A DNA stretch of 62,085 nt, counting the filler. It is 7 parts of 7 records of this genome, joined end to end, with 100 filler letters (N's around TTAATTAATTAA, not from the genome) between each part and the next. Parts side by side here need not be neighbours in the genome. Positions count along the whole stretch, not along the records: positions 27,361 to 44,035 come from SRR31156797_9528; 6 more parts are not named here. The stretch is one strand, 5' to 3'. A program made the translations under genes and the position numbers. Each line of letters opens with the position of its first letter. The stretch's first letter is position 1. Under the pieces are notes generated by a model that was not told where the DNA came from, ran no database searches, and saw only the letters and a program-made list of their open reading frames with translations. Of this stretch, positions 29,420 to 39,958 are shown one piece after another.

Positions 29420-31183
29420 ATGAATATAGGGATAAGACAAAAGATGGTTATGATGATACTAGGGATTTTGGTAGTAGGAAGTATAACACTAAGTAGTTAC
29501 TTCTATTTTAACTCAAGAAAAATTTTACTTGATTCTGTTGAGCAAAAACTTGAAGCAGTAGTACAAAGTGCAAATTATCTATTAGATGATTATCACGATA
29601 AGATAGAAGATAAATATTATAAGATTTCGAATGAAGAATATATGGCAATGGTTAAAAGATGGAATGAACTAACAGTTGATTTAGGGATTATCTATATTTG
29701 GTCATATATAGATTTGAACGGGACAGCTTACCCTAGTTCGGGAACATCTGTTGATAAGACAAATCATACAGGTCATTATGAATTCCTACAGATAAAAAAT
29801 GATGGCCTGAATACTTCCGCTGAAGCAATTATGAAAAGTGGAGAAAAATCTAGTGCTGTTTTTGAAGGAACCGAGTATGGAGATATGTATGCATACTCAG
29901 TACCATTTAGAGACAGTAGAGGGAGAGCATATACTGTAAATGCAGCAATGTCACTGAATGAAGTTCAGAGTTTACTGCGTTATCAGCTGTTAATGGTAAT
30001 CATAATATGTATAGCTATAACTATAATCGGAATAATTGTATCTGTATTATTTGCTAAAAGTATGACAAAAGGCATTTTGAATATTTCTGATTATATAAGA
30101 GAACTAGCTCAAGGTGAGTTAAATACAGAACTAAAAGAGGTAAAAAGCAAAGATGAAATAGGAATTATGGCAATTGAATTCAAAGAGTTTGTGGAAAAAC
30201 TAAGAAGTACTATTATAAATATTAAATCATTAACTCAGGAAGTATATACTTCAAATAATGATCTGACGAAAGTAATGGATAATATAGTTCACGGTAATGA
30301 TTGCAAATATTCCAAAGAGATTGAAAATGCATTATCCAGTGGAATATTACAGTTAAATATACAAGTAGGAACTGTACTTGATAATGTAAGAAATCAAACG
30401 GCTTCATCTGAAGAGAGTTTGGCTGCATTAGAAGAGATATCAGCAACAAGTGATAATATAGGTCAAAATATTAAAGCTGCAGAAGTAAGTTTTAAAAATA
30501 CTCTGGACTTATCAGAGGAGAGTAGTAATGATATCAATGATATGACTTCAGGGATGAATGAGATAAATACTAGTGTAGATGAAACTAATTCGGAGATCAA
30601 TAATCTGGAAGTAGTATCAAATAATATTGGTGAGATGATTACGGCAATAACGAACATTGCAGAACAAACTAATTTACTGGCGCTAAATGCAGCAATTGAA
30701 GCAGCAAGAGCAGGAGATGCCGGTAGAGGATTTGCTGTTGTAGCAGAGGAGATTAGAAAACTGGCAGAGCAGACTAATCAGGAAACAGGTAAAATAGAAA
30801 ACTTGATTTATACAATTAGAGAGGGTGTAAATAAAGTTAAGGAAAGAGGAGAAGAAGTAAAAGATAAAGTAGCTAATGGTATAAAACTATCTGAAGTCTC
30901 TAAAAGTAATATTGTTGAAATAATGAAATTAACAAGTAAAAACAGCTCGGAAATATTGGAAATATCTACCTCTATGAATGAGCAGATGAATGCCTCATCA
31001 GAAGTAACATCTGCAATAAGTGCAATCTCTGACAGTTCTACTGAGATAGAGTCATTAAGTATTGAAACAGCAGAAATATCAAATCATATAAAAGATACTC
31101 TTATAGAGAAACAGGAGTTTGTAAATGAACTAAATAAACTGGTAACCAGTTTGAAAAAAGATTTAGATTATTTTATTATTTAA
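29420..31183 (+). CDS. methyl-accepting chemotaxis protein (sensor domain, HAMP, signalling domain)
   Basis: Two TMs, HAMP (SKDEIGIMA), [38 protein letters not shown]. Confidence 0.94.
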   Translation: MNIGIRQKMVMMILGILVVGSITLSSYFYFNSRKILLDSVEQKLEAVVQSANYLLDDYHDKIEDKYYKISNEEYMAMVKRWNELTVDLGIIYIWSYIDLNGTAYPSSGTSVDKTNHTGHYEFLQIKNDGLNTSAEAIMKSGEKSSAVFEGTEYGDMYAYSVPFRDSRGRAYTVNAAMSLNEVQSLLRYQLLMVIIICIAITIIGIIVSVLFAKSMTKGILNISDYIRELAQGELNTELKEVKSKDEIGIMAIEFKEFVEKLRSTIINIKSLTQEVYTSNNDLTKVMDNIVHGNDCKYSKEIENALSSGILQLNIQVGTVLDNVRNQTASSEESLAALEEISATSDNIGQNIKAAEVSFKNTLDLSEESSNDINDMTSGMNEINTSVDETNSEINNLEVVSNNIGEMITAITNIAEQTNLLALNAAIEAARAGDAGRGFAVVAEEIRKLAEQTNQETGKIENLIYTIREGVNKVKERGEEVKDKVANGIKLSEVSKSNIVEIMKLTSKNSSEILEISTSMNEQMNASSEVTSAISAISDSSTEIESLSIETAEISNHIKDTLIEKQEFVNELNKLVTSLKKDLDYFII

Positions 31184-31203
31184 GAGAGTGAAGAGGAGTA
31201 AAA

Positions 31204-32502
31204 ATGAGTAATCATGCAATAAATGAAGCAAATAGATGTCTAAAATGCAAAAAACCTCTCTGTAGAGAGGGCTGTCCAATTAACACAAATATTCCTGAAT
31301 TAGCCAGAATGATACAGGAAAATGAAATCCTGGGTGCAGGGGAAATGTTATATGAAAATAATCCTCTAAGTATAATATGTGCCCATATCTGCCCACATGA
31401 GAAGCAATGCGAAGGGCACTGTGTATTAAATAGAAAAGGAGAGCCTATAAATATAAGCTCTATGGAAACATATGTATCTGATTATTATTTAAATAGAATA
31501 GATACAAATATAGATAATGAATTAAGAAAGCTAAACAAAGAAAATGATATTGCCATAGTGGGATCGGGACCATCTGGGCTGACTCTTGCACTGATAATGG
31601 CACAGAGAGGATATCCTGTAACTATATTTGAAAATCATGAGAAAATAGGCGGAGTATTAAGATATGGAGTACCGGAATTTAGATTGCCAAAAACTATTCT
31701 GGATAGACTGTATGTTAAACTACAAGAGTTAGGTGTTGTGATTCGTCCAAATATTTTAATTGGCCCAAATATAACACTTGATAATTTATTTAGAGATGGC
31801 TACAAAGCTATATTTGTAGGTACCGGTGTATGGAAACCCAAACTAATGGGAATAAAAGGTGAATCATTTGGAAATGTACATTTTGCTATAGATTATTTGA
31901 AAAATCCGGAAGTTTATAATCTGGGTAAAAAAGTGGTGACTATTGGCGGTGGAAATGTAGCTATGGATGCTGCAAGAACAGCTATTAGAAACGGTGCAGA
32001 TGAATCTATTATATTGTATAGAAAAGGTGAAGAACACCTGCCGGCTCTAAAAGATGAGATCAATTACACAAAACTTGACGGTGTAAAATTCGAATATTAT
32101 AAAGCTCCAAAAGAGATTAGCAAAACTGGCTTGATCTATAATCCTACTTATTTTGAGAAAATTACAGATAAAAACGATAATAGTAAGAATATTAAAGAAA
32201 AATTTGTAGTTTATGATAATGTAGAGGGATTTTATGAAGCTGATTCAATAATAATTGCCATAAGTCAGGGGCCTCAGACAAATATAGTTTCAACAACTAA
32301 AGGGATTGATATTGATGGGAAAGGTCTAATTGTCACTGATGAGTATGGAAAAACGACAAGAGAAGGTGTGTTTGCAGCTGGAGATGTTGTATCAGGAGCG
32401 AGAACAGTTGTAGAAGCAGTTAACTTAACTAAAAAAACAGCTGATATAATAGATGAACATATTAAAAAAATAACTATCACCGCTGTGAAGAGTAAGAAGT
32501 AA
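31204..32502 (+). CDS. GltD/NfnB-like NAD(P)-dependent FAD/FeS oxidoreductase
   Basis: EANRCLKCKKPLCREGCP, ICPHEKQCEGHC, GSGPSG, GGGNVAMD, FAAGD. Confidence 0.9.
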   Translation: MSNHAINEANRCLKCKKPLCREGCPINTNIPELARMIQENEILGAGEMLYENNPLSIICAHICPHEKQCEGHCVLNRKGEPINISSMETYVSDYYLNRIDTNIDNELRKLNKENDIAIVGSGPSGLTLALIMAQRGYPVTIFENHEKIGGVLRYGVPEFRLPKTILDRLYVKLQELGVVIRPNILIGPNITLDNLFRDGYKAIFVGTGVWKPKLMGIKGESFGNVHFAIDYLKNPEVYNLGKKVVTIGGGNVAMDAARTAIRNGADESIILYRKGEEHLPALKDEINYTKLDGVKFEYYKAPKEISKTGLIYNPTYFEKITDKNDNSKNIKEKFVVYDNVEGFYEADSIIIAISQGPQTNIVSTTKGIDIDGKGLIVTDEYGKTTREGVFAAGDVVSGARTVVEAVNLTKKTADIIDEHIKKITITAVKSKK

Positions 32503-32667
32503 TTTTACTAATAAGTTACTAAAAAGTCTATTTTCATATGGTAAACTATAGATTGGAATGCAAATTAAGTCAAAAGAATAGCAAAATCTATTCTTTTGGC
32601 TTGGTATTAGAGTCAAAATTTGATATAATATTAAAATTAAATCTTGGTATAGTCAAGGAGTGCTGGT

Positions 32668-33975
32668 GTGAATTTAGCTAAAACTTTTTTTCTAAGACAA
32701 CTGAATAAAATAATAAGACTATATATTCCGGCTATTTTGATAGGTATATTTACAGGTGTCCTAATATCTGCTCTTAATCATTCATTATCTATTATTTCAG
32801 ATTACAGAGATATTCTAACAAAAGATATATTTACTTCTCCTATTAAGATTATTATGACATTACTATTTTTAGGGGTAAATATAATAGTACTCTCGAAATT
32901 AATGAATAAATTTACTATAGTTGACGGTAGCGGAATTCCACATGTTAAGAATATGCTAATTGAAAATAACGGTGTGAAGAGTATAAGGGCCTTAATCGGT
33001 AAATTTGCTGCTACTCTGATTTCACTTGGAAGTGGAGCATCATTAGGTAAATTCGGACCATCTATTTTGATGGGTGGTAAAGTTGGGATTATTGTCTCAA
33101 AGTTATTTAAGAGCAATAAAAGTGAACGATTGTCGTTGGCATTAAGTGGAATAAGTGCAGGAATAACAGCAGCATTTGGAGCACCGTTTTCGGGCCTGAT
33201 GTTTGTGTATGAGGAGTTAAGGAGTCACTTTAGTTATTTGATGATGGGATGTATCATAACTTCTACAGTTGTATCGCATTTTGTCGCTGAATACCTCATA
33301 GATACAACATCTCACTTTAAAATTAGATACACACCAACCATTCAAGTGGACGATTACTATATAGTGGTAATATTTGGAATAGTGATCACATTAATAGCTT
33401 TTGTTTTTAATAAACTATTAAATGAGCTAAAAAGTTATTTTTTATGGAAATCAAATCTTTTCAAAGCAGCTTCTGCACTTATTTTATCTCTATCAAGCGT
33501 AATTTTATTTAAAGAGATAAGTTGTGGAGGGATAAATATTATTAGACATATTATTAACTCAGAGTATTCAGTTATGATGTTACTGTTATTATTTTTTATG
33601 AAATTAATATTTACTCTTATATGTTGCTCATCAGGAATTCCGGGAGGAACATTTGCACCTATTCTTGCTCTGGGAGCTTTGATCGGTATAATATATTCAG
33701 AAATTTTAGTTTATTTAATAGATATTAATACAGAGTATTCACATGTTTTTATTTTTTTAGGGATGTTTGCATTTTTTATAGCAACATCAAATAATCCAAT
33801 TACAGGGTGTTTTCTAATGGTTGAACTTACCGGAAGTTATAAGTATATTCCGCTGCTAATAATTATTGCGATTAGTATCTATATAACACGAAAATTTATG
33901 ACAAAGAGAAAATTATATAAAATTGATAAAAAAATAGCTAAACAGAATTTGGTTGGAGAAAAGAATAGATTTTAA
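32668..33975 (+). CDS. ClC-family anion transporter/channel, atypical
   Basis: GSGIP, GKFGP (canonical G[KR]EGP), AAFGAPFSG..FVYEE, GGTFAP, ELTG; polytopic membrane protein. Confidence 0.88.
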   Translation: MNLAKTFFLRQLNKIIRLYIPAILIGIFTGVLISALNHSLSIISDYRDILTKDIFTSPIKIIMTLLFLGVNIIVLSKLMNKFTIVDGSGIPHVKNMLIENNGVKSIRALIGKFAATLISLGSGASLGKFGPSILMGGKVGIIVSKLFKSNKSERLSLALSGISAGITAAFGAPFSGLMFVYEELRSHFSYLMMGCIITSTVVSHFVAEYLIDTTSHFKIRYTPTIQVDDYYIVVIFGIVITLIAFVFNKLLNELKSYFLWKSNLFKAASALILSLSSVILFKEISCGGINIIRHIINSEYSVMMLLLLFFMKLIFTLICCSSGIPGGTFAPILALGALIGIIYSEILVYLIDINTEYSHVFIFLGMFAFFIATSNNPITGCFLMVELTGSYKYIPLLIIIAISIYITRKFMTKRKLYKIDKKIAKQNLVGEKNRF

Positions 33976-34004
33976 ATAAAAAATTATATGTCATAAAAAC
34001 TATA

Positions 34005-34061
34005 GGGCTAATCACTTATGCTTACTCAGAATTTAAACTGGGTAAACATAAGTGATTGCCC
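34005..34061. terminator. long hairpin between convergent genes
   Basis: GGGCTAATCACTTATG-CTTACTCAG...CTGGGTAAA-CATAAGTGATTGCCC. Confidence 0.7.
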
Positions 34062-34071
34062 TTAATTAATT

Positions 34072-34620
34072 TTACTCAGCAAATCTTGAAATTTCTTCAA
34101 TCGCTAATCTAGGTGGAGTAGCTGGGTCTTCGTCAGGATGTCCATATACGATTAAAGCTGCTACAGTTTCCTCTTCCGGTAATCCTACGATTTTTGATAT
34201 TACTTCGTCATTAATTACACCCATAATTGTTGTTCCGATACCTTTTGCATGAGCAGCTAAGCAAAATTGTTGAGCTGCGATTCCTGCATCGAAGACTTCC
34301 CATACACTTGCTTTTGTAGTTGCATAATCAGGACCATCAAGTTTTCCGCTTTTTCCTTTTACAACACTTAGCACACATACGTTATATGCATTCTTTAGGA
34401 AATCAACGTTATAAACAAATCCGTTAACAGCTTCCTCTCCAAGTTTTGTGATAAGATCTTTGTTATCAACTAAAGTATATCTGGCAACTTGGAAATTTCC
34501 CCACGACGGTGCAAATCTTGCAATATCAATTACCTCTTTCATTAACTCTCTATCTACTTTTTCTGCCTTTAATTTTCTTACACTTCTTCTTTCTTTTAAC
34601 ATATTGATTGCTTCCATCAA
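34072..34620 (-). CDS. nitroreductase family protein
   Basis: ERRSVRK, ARFAPSWGNFQ, DAGIAAQQFCLAAHAKGIGT. Confidence 0.92.
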   Translation of the reverse strand: MMEAINMLKERRSVRKLKAEKVDRELMKEVIDIARFAPSWGNFQVARYTLVDNKDLITKLGEEAVNGFVYNVDFLKNAYNVCVLSVVKGKSGKLDGPDYATTKASVWEVFDAGIAAQQFCLAAHAKGIGTTIMGVINDEVISKIVGLPEEETVAALIVYGHPDEDPATPPRLAIEEISRFAE

Positions 34621-35083
34621 TAATTCCTCCTTAATAATCTAGATTAATTTGCTGGTATTTTTACTCAGCTTCTTTATGAAATCATTTTATCATTAAACAA
34701 AATTTTACGTAAGTAAGCACTTTTTTGTCAGATAGTTACCTGGAAGTAAGTAATGAAAATTCAAATTAAAGCTTATACTTATTAGAGTCTTAGATGTATT
34801 TTTTATTAGATAGTTATGATGTGTTTATAAAGGAGATAATCTTAAGCAAGAGAAAAAAATAACTTAAAAAAGTTATCGGCTTATAAGACATGAAAAACAA
34901 TAATTCTCTCCTTTTGGTGAGTATAGGATAAAAAAAACCGTACTTGTAGATTTGTACAGGTAATGCTATTATTATCATATGAGAAGTCGCGAAGCTCAGT
35001 AAAATTAAGAAAAAAAAGAATCGTTTAAAAATATATCTGGTGAATTTGGAATAGCAAATTATTAAATTGGAGGAGAGCTTAAA

Positions 35084-35893
35084 ATGAAAAGATCAATATT
35101 TGTAACAGGAAGTACTGATGGTATAGGAAAATTAACTGCTATTAAATTAGCAAATGAAGGACATAAAATATTTGTACATGGTAGAAATACAGAGAAATTA
35201 TCTAAAACAATAGCTGAAATTAAAGAGATGACAGGAAATCAGGATATTCAGGGGTACATTGCAGATTTTTCTGATCTTGATTCTGTTAAGGCGATGGCTA
35301 TAAAGATGAACAGTGAAGTGGAAAAATTAGATGTATTAATAAATAATGCAGGGGTATTTAACTCTAGAACAATAAAGAATAAAGATGGATTGGATATGAG
35401 AATGGTAGTAAACTATTTAGCGCAATATCTTGTAACAGATGAATTAATGCCATTATTAGACAAAGGAACAGAGCCTAGAATTATTAATCTAAGTTCGGCA
35501 GCGCAGGCACCAGTGTCATATCCTGTACTATTGGGAGAGGCGCAAAGTGATATGGGGGATACATATGCACAGAGTAAATTAGCTCTTACAATGTGGAGCT
35601 TTCATTTAGCGAAAAAACTACCTGAATTTGTAGTTATTCCTGTGAATCCGGGATCATTACAAAATACCAGAATGGTAAGAGAAGCATATGGTACATCTTG
35701 GTCATCACCGGATAAGGGAGCAAGTATCCTGTCAGAGTTAGCGCTTTCTCCAAGTTATGTTGATTACAGCGGTAAATATTTCGATAATGACAGTGGTAAG
35801 TTTGCAAATGCACATCCTGTGGCGTATAGTCAGCCTGAGATTATCAAATTAATTGATACAACTGATGAGTTAATTATGAAATTAGTGAAATAA
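35084..35893 (+). CDS. SDR oxidoreductase (retinol dehydrogenase-like)
   Basis: TGSTDGIG, NNAG, YAQSK. Confidence 0.92.
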   Translation: MKRSIFVTGSTDGIGKLTAIKLANEGHKIFVHGRNTEKLSKTIAEIKEMTGNQDIQGYIADFSDLDSVKAMAIKMNSEVEKLDVLINNAGVFNSRTIKNKDGLDMRMVVNYLAQYLVTDELMPLLDKGTEPRIINLSSAAQAPVSYPVLLGEAQSDMGDTYAQSKLALTMWSFHLAKKLPEFVVIPVNPGSLQNTRMVREAYGTSWSSPDKGASILSELALSPSYVDYSGKYFDNDSGKFANAHPVAYSQPEIIKLIDTTDELIMKLVK

Positions 35894-35908
35894 ATTATAA
35901 ATAGTATA

Positions 35909-35956
35909 AAAACAATCCCTTCTGATAACTTTTGTGTTATTGGAGGGGATTGTTTT
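35909..35956. terminator. bidirectional terminator
   Basis: AAAACAATCCCTTCTGATAAC...GTTATTGGAGGGGATTGTTTT between convergent genes. Confidence 0.75.
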
Positions 35957-35966
35957 AGTATTTATT

Positions 35967-37067
35967 TTATTTAAAACCATGAGTTAGATTACAACCGGAA
36001 ATATTTGTGAATAAAGTTGCTCCCCAATCAGGATAATAGTGATCAAAACTATATAAAACAGCGATTCTATCCTCAAACGGACTTTTTATAGCTCCTAATA
36101 TTAATAAATCAGTTGGCTTATTCCCTTGTCTAGGACTTATATTTTGATTAATTATTGTTTTTTTCTTACTGTCAGAACGAATTATATCTATAGAGTAGGA
36201 GTTTAAGACTTTAACTTCCGGATAAATTGCACTATTTTGTAGCTTTAATTTTAGATCTGCGCTATACTCTAAATTTTTAACAGTATAAGGAAAATGAATG
36301 ATTTTGAAGTTTTTATCGGGAATAATTCCGTAATTACTTAAAATTCTATTTAGATTGGTTTTTTCAGTGCCATTTATATATTCCTCAGGATCAACTTTGA
36401 TTTTGAAACTATCGTATATTTTATTAAACATAAGTTCATCAGTTACGGTATTAATTATGCTAAATTTGATAACATCACCACCTCTTCGAGGCATTATATA
36501 TTTTTCAAAATAAGCAAAATATCCATCGTGTGACCATCCTATAGGAGTAAATATAGGTAGATTAAATTTATCGTTTATTTCCTTTGAGCTATATCTATTT
36601 TTCAGAGAATTCCAGTAGTGGTCTAATTGTTCAAAAGAAAAATTCTGCTGAACATCCTCATAAATCCATTTATTTTCACCCATTCCATTTTCATAAAATA
36701 TATATTCCTGTAAGTTCCCACTACTATCTATCCAGGTAATCTTTTCAGAAGGAACACCTTCAGGAAGATATGTAGTTATAATAATTTTTTGATTAGTCAA
36801 ATTTCCGACATTTTTTAATAGAGTACTTTGATCAAAATCTATAATTTCGTAATGCTTAAAATCATATATTGTTCCTTCTATAATGATTTCAAGATATTCA
36901 CCACTTTGAATACCTTTTAAAATAATCGTATCTTCATGCTCATAAGATGGAGGTTTTTTGTAGTGGCCTTTTATAGTTACTTTAGATTTGTTTGCATAGA
37001 TAATAGTATTTAGAAATAAAATAAAAAGTAAAAAAAACATATATTTTAAAATTTTAATTTTCTTCAT
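35967..37067 (-). CDS. hypothetical exported protein
   Basis: 366-aa ORF with an N-terminal signal peptide; no family recognised. Confidence 0.7.
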   Translation of the reverse strand: MKKIKILKYMFFLLFILFLNTIIYANKSKVTIKGHYKKPPSYEHEDTIILKGIQSGEYLEIIIEGTIYDFKHYEIIDFDQSTLLKNVGNLTNQKIIITTYLPEGVPSEKITWIDSSGNLQEYIFYENGMGENKWIYEDVQQNFSFEQLDHYWNSLKNRYSSKEINDKFNLPIFTPIGWSHDGYFAYFEKYIMPRRGGDVIKFSIINTVTDELMFNKIYDSFKIKVDPEEYINGTEKTNLNRILSNYGIIPDKNFKIIHFPYTVKNLEYSADLKLKLQNSAIYPEVKVLNSYSIDIIRSDSKKKTIINQNISPRQGNKPTDLLILGAIKSPFEDRIAVLYSFDHYYPDWGATLFTNISGCNLTHGFK

Positions 37068-37382
37068 TTTTTCCTTTCATTTTTCAAGTTATATAAGTTT
37101 TAGTTTCTAATTAATACAGCTCTTCGCTAAAAACCCCCAGAAACGCTGGGTGTTTAACTCGAGACTGTATGAGAAACTAATTAAAACCTATATAGATATT
37201 TTAATTGCTAATATAGTTATACCATTAAGCTTGATAAAAACAAACATACTTTAGTATTGAAAAAATTTTGAAGCTTACTCTCTATTTTTTTAGAAACATG
37301 AGAAAAGTAAAAAAACATAAAAGACTGACCTGTAAAGTCAATCTTCAGTCTGAGTTTTTTACCAATGTTTTAAACGATACTG

Positions 37383-38123
37383 TTACAAGAGAACAAATGC
37401 ATCTCTCATACTATCATTATGCCTGATAAGTTCATCCTTTACCGTTTCGGCAAAACCAAGCTCGAGAGCATTGCAAATAGTCCAATGTGATTTAATAGTA
37501 TTTTTATGCAATAAGGTTTGTAACTTCTTATCACCAAATCTATGTCTTAAATAGTAACGATATCGAAGTACCCTTCTCTCGATAGTTTGATACATCTGAA
37601 TCAGATAAATATTACCGGAAGCTTCAATAATAGTTGAGTGAAATTCATGGTCACAAACTTCATAACCTTTTGTTTCAGGATCAGATGAAATTTTCTCATA
37701 TTTTTTAGCAAGTGATTTTAATTTTTTAATCTGCTCAGAGCTTATTTTCATTGCTGCTGTATATCCTGCATAACCCTCTATGAATTTTCTTACTTCGATT
37801 ATCTGAAAAGCATCATCCAGTGTTAAAGGTGCAACTATTGGTTGTTTATTATTCGGCTTGACTATCAGATAGTCTTCGATTAATCTATTAATTGCTGCTT
37901 GAACGGGACTTCTGCTGATGTTTAGAGTACTGGCAATTTGAGCAGAGTTGATCTTTTCACCGGGGAGTAGTTTCATAGTTATTATCCTATTAAACAAATC
38001 ATCATAAACAAGATCACTGTATGAAGCGAAAGGATTATCTTTTATTAATTTTTCAAATTTCTTTTTATCCAATAATTTCACCATCCTAAAATTATATTTC
38101 TTTAGTATTATACAATTTTTCAA
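37383..38123 (-). CDS. GntR-family (FCD) transcriptional regulator
   Basis: LLPGEKI...LNISRSPVQAA wHTH; DHEFHSTIIEASGN. The true start is probably 13-17 codons in. Confidence 0.9.
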   Translation of the reverse strand: MKNCIILKKYNFRMVKLLDKKKFEKLIKDNPFASYSDLVYDDLFNRIITMKLLPGEKINSAQIASTLNISRSPVQAAINRLIEDYLIVKPNNKQPIVAPLTLDDAFQIIEVRKFIEGYAGYTAAMKISSEQIKKLKSLAKKYEKISSDPETKGYEVCDHEFHSTIIEASGNIYLIQMYQTIERRVLRYRYYLRHRFGDKKLQTLLHKNTIKSHWTICNALELGFAETVKDELIRHNDSMRDAFVLL

Positions 38124-38151
38124 TTATATTTGATAATATTTTATTAATATA

Positions 38152-38191
38152 ACAAAGGTCAGGGGGAAAGAATTCCGCTCTGACCTTTGTT
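38152..38191 (-). terminator. hairpin between the livK-like gene and gntR
   Basis: AACAAAGGTCAGGG...CTCTGACCTTTGTT. Confidence 0.65.
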
Positions 38192-38340
38192 AAGTGTATG
38201 ATTTCCTTCATTAGATTAAGTTTATGTGGTAGGTGAATCCTAATTAATAAAGAAAACTCTATAATGGAAATTAATTTCTTGTTTTTAAATTCTATAGAAA
38301 GTGAAAATTAAACTCATGTTTATACACTTGCTGAAAATCT

Positions 38341-39537
38341 TTATATAGGATCAACAATTGCATTATAGATGAAAGCGCCGTTTTTAGCTTCAAGTACAAA
38401 TGCTGATTTATTAGGATTTCTATTTTCATCTAAAGTAATAGAACCTGTAACACCTTTGAAATCTGTAGTTGAGTTAATAGCATTTTTTATAGCTTCTTTG
38501 TCAGTTGAATCAGCTCTATCAATAGCATCAAGTAAAAGATTTCCTGCATCATATCCTAAAGAAGAAAATACATTTGGGTCTTCCATATATTCATCAAAAT
38601 AGTTATTAATAAATGATTGAACATTTGCATCTTCACTCTCTGGAGAGAAGTGAGTACAGATGTAACTTCCATTAAGTGCTTCTCCTGCAACTTCAAATAG
38701 TGCTGGATTATCCCATCCGTCAGCTCCAAGGAAAGTTGATTGAACTTTTAAATCTTTAGCTTGCTTAACAATTAACGAAGATTCACTGTAATAACCAGGT
38801 ATAAATACTACATCTGCATTTATATTTTTAATTTTTGTAATTTGAGAACTGAAATCACTATCACCAGCTACATAATTAACAACCTCAAGAACTTCTCCGC
38901 CCTTTTCAGTAAATAGTGTTACGAATTCTTCTGATAATCCATCACTGTAATCACTATTAACATCTTTGAAAAGTACAGCTGTTTTTGCTTCCAGATTGTT
39001 TAAAGCAAAGTTTGCCATTACTGATCCTTGGAAAGGGTCAATGAAGCAAACTCTAGAGATATAATCTCCAAGTTCTGTAATTTTAATATTTGTCCCTGTT
39101 GGTGTAATCATAGGGATTTTAGCGTCTTGCGCCAGAGGAGCAACAGCTAAACAGTTAGTACTGATAATAGGTCCGTAAATTGCATCTACTTTATCAAGGT
39201 TTGTTAGTTTTTTAAACGCTGTAACTGCTTCTGCAGAATCACCTTTGTCATCTTCCATAATCAAAGTAATTTTTCTACCGTTGATTCCACCACTTTCATT
39301 TATCTCTTTAACTGCTAATTTTAGACCGTTAGTTGCTGTTTGTCCGTAAAATGCAACCGGACCAGATAGTGATGCGATAACACCGATTTTAATATCTTCA
39401 GCTTCTGCCACCTTGTTTGTATTGTTTTCTGTTTTTGCATCACTTGTATTAGCTTCATCTGCTTTACCACCACATCCAGCTAATAGTAATGATAAAACAA
39501 CAGAAACAAGTAATAATAGTTTTGTTGCGTTTTTCAT
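38341..39537 (-). CDS. ABC transporter substrate-binding lipoprotein, LivJ/LivK type
   Basis: Lipobox LAGC; IKIGVIASLSG, GGINGRKI, RVCFIDPFQG, FKGVTGSITLD. Confidence 0.92.
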   Translation of the reverse strand: MKNATKLLLLVSVVLSLLLAGCGGKADEANTSDAKTENNTNKVAEAEDIKIGVIASLSGPVAFYGQTATNGLKLAVKEINESGGINGRKITLIMEDDKGDSAEAVTAFKKLTNLDKVDAIYGPIISTNCLAVAPLAQDAKIPMITPTGTNIKITELGDYISRVCFIDPFQGSVMANFALNNLEAKTAVLFKDVNSDYSDGLSEEFVTLFTEKGGEVLEVVNYVAGDSDFSSQITKIKNINADVVFIPGYYSESSLIVKQAKDLKVQSTFLGADGWDNPALFEVAGEALNGSYICTHFSPESEDANVQSFINNYFDEYMEDPNVFSSLGYDAGNLLLDAIDRADSTDKEAIKNAINSTTDFKGVTGSITLDENRNPNKSAFVLEAKNGAFIYNAIVDPI

Positions 39538-39903
39538 CTCTTTGAACCTCCTGATTTTAATTATATAATTTTTAAACTTTCCACACTCAGCTTAGTACTC
39601 TTTGAGTCATACAAGTATTATATGTTTCGCAGGGATAAGTGTCAAAGAATGATCATTTTTTAATAATTATTGGCAAAATGCTTAAAACGAGAAACATTAA
39701 TTTAAAAATTTAGAGAAAATATCTTTTTTATTGAGATGATTGAATTTTTTGAAAAATTTTGGAAATCAATAACTTAAAAAAATATAATCAGCTGCAAAAA
39801 TAAACTTACGAAATATAAAACATTTGGACGTATATCAATAAGTCCCTATTGTAGGGGTTTATTGATATAAACCCAATACTAACTAAATTTACATAAAACA
39901 ATA

Positions 39904-39933
39904 AAGAGGCTAACCTTTCGGTCAACCTCTTTT
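39904..39933 (-). terminator. terminator after pntB
   Basis: AAGAGGCTAACC-tttc-GGTCAACCTCTT. Confidence 0.65.
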
Positions 39934-39958
39934 TCTTATATAGATATTTTGTTATATT

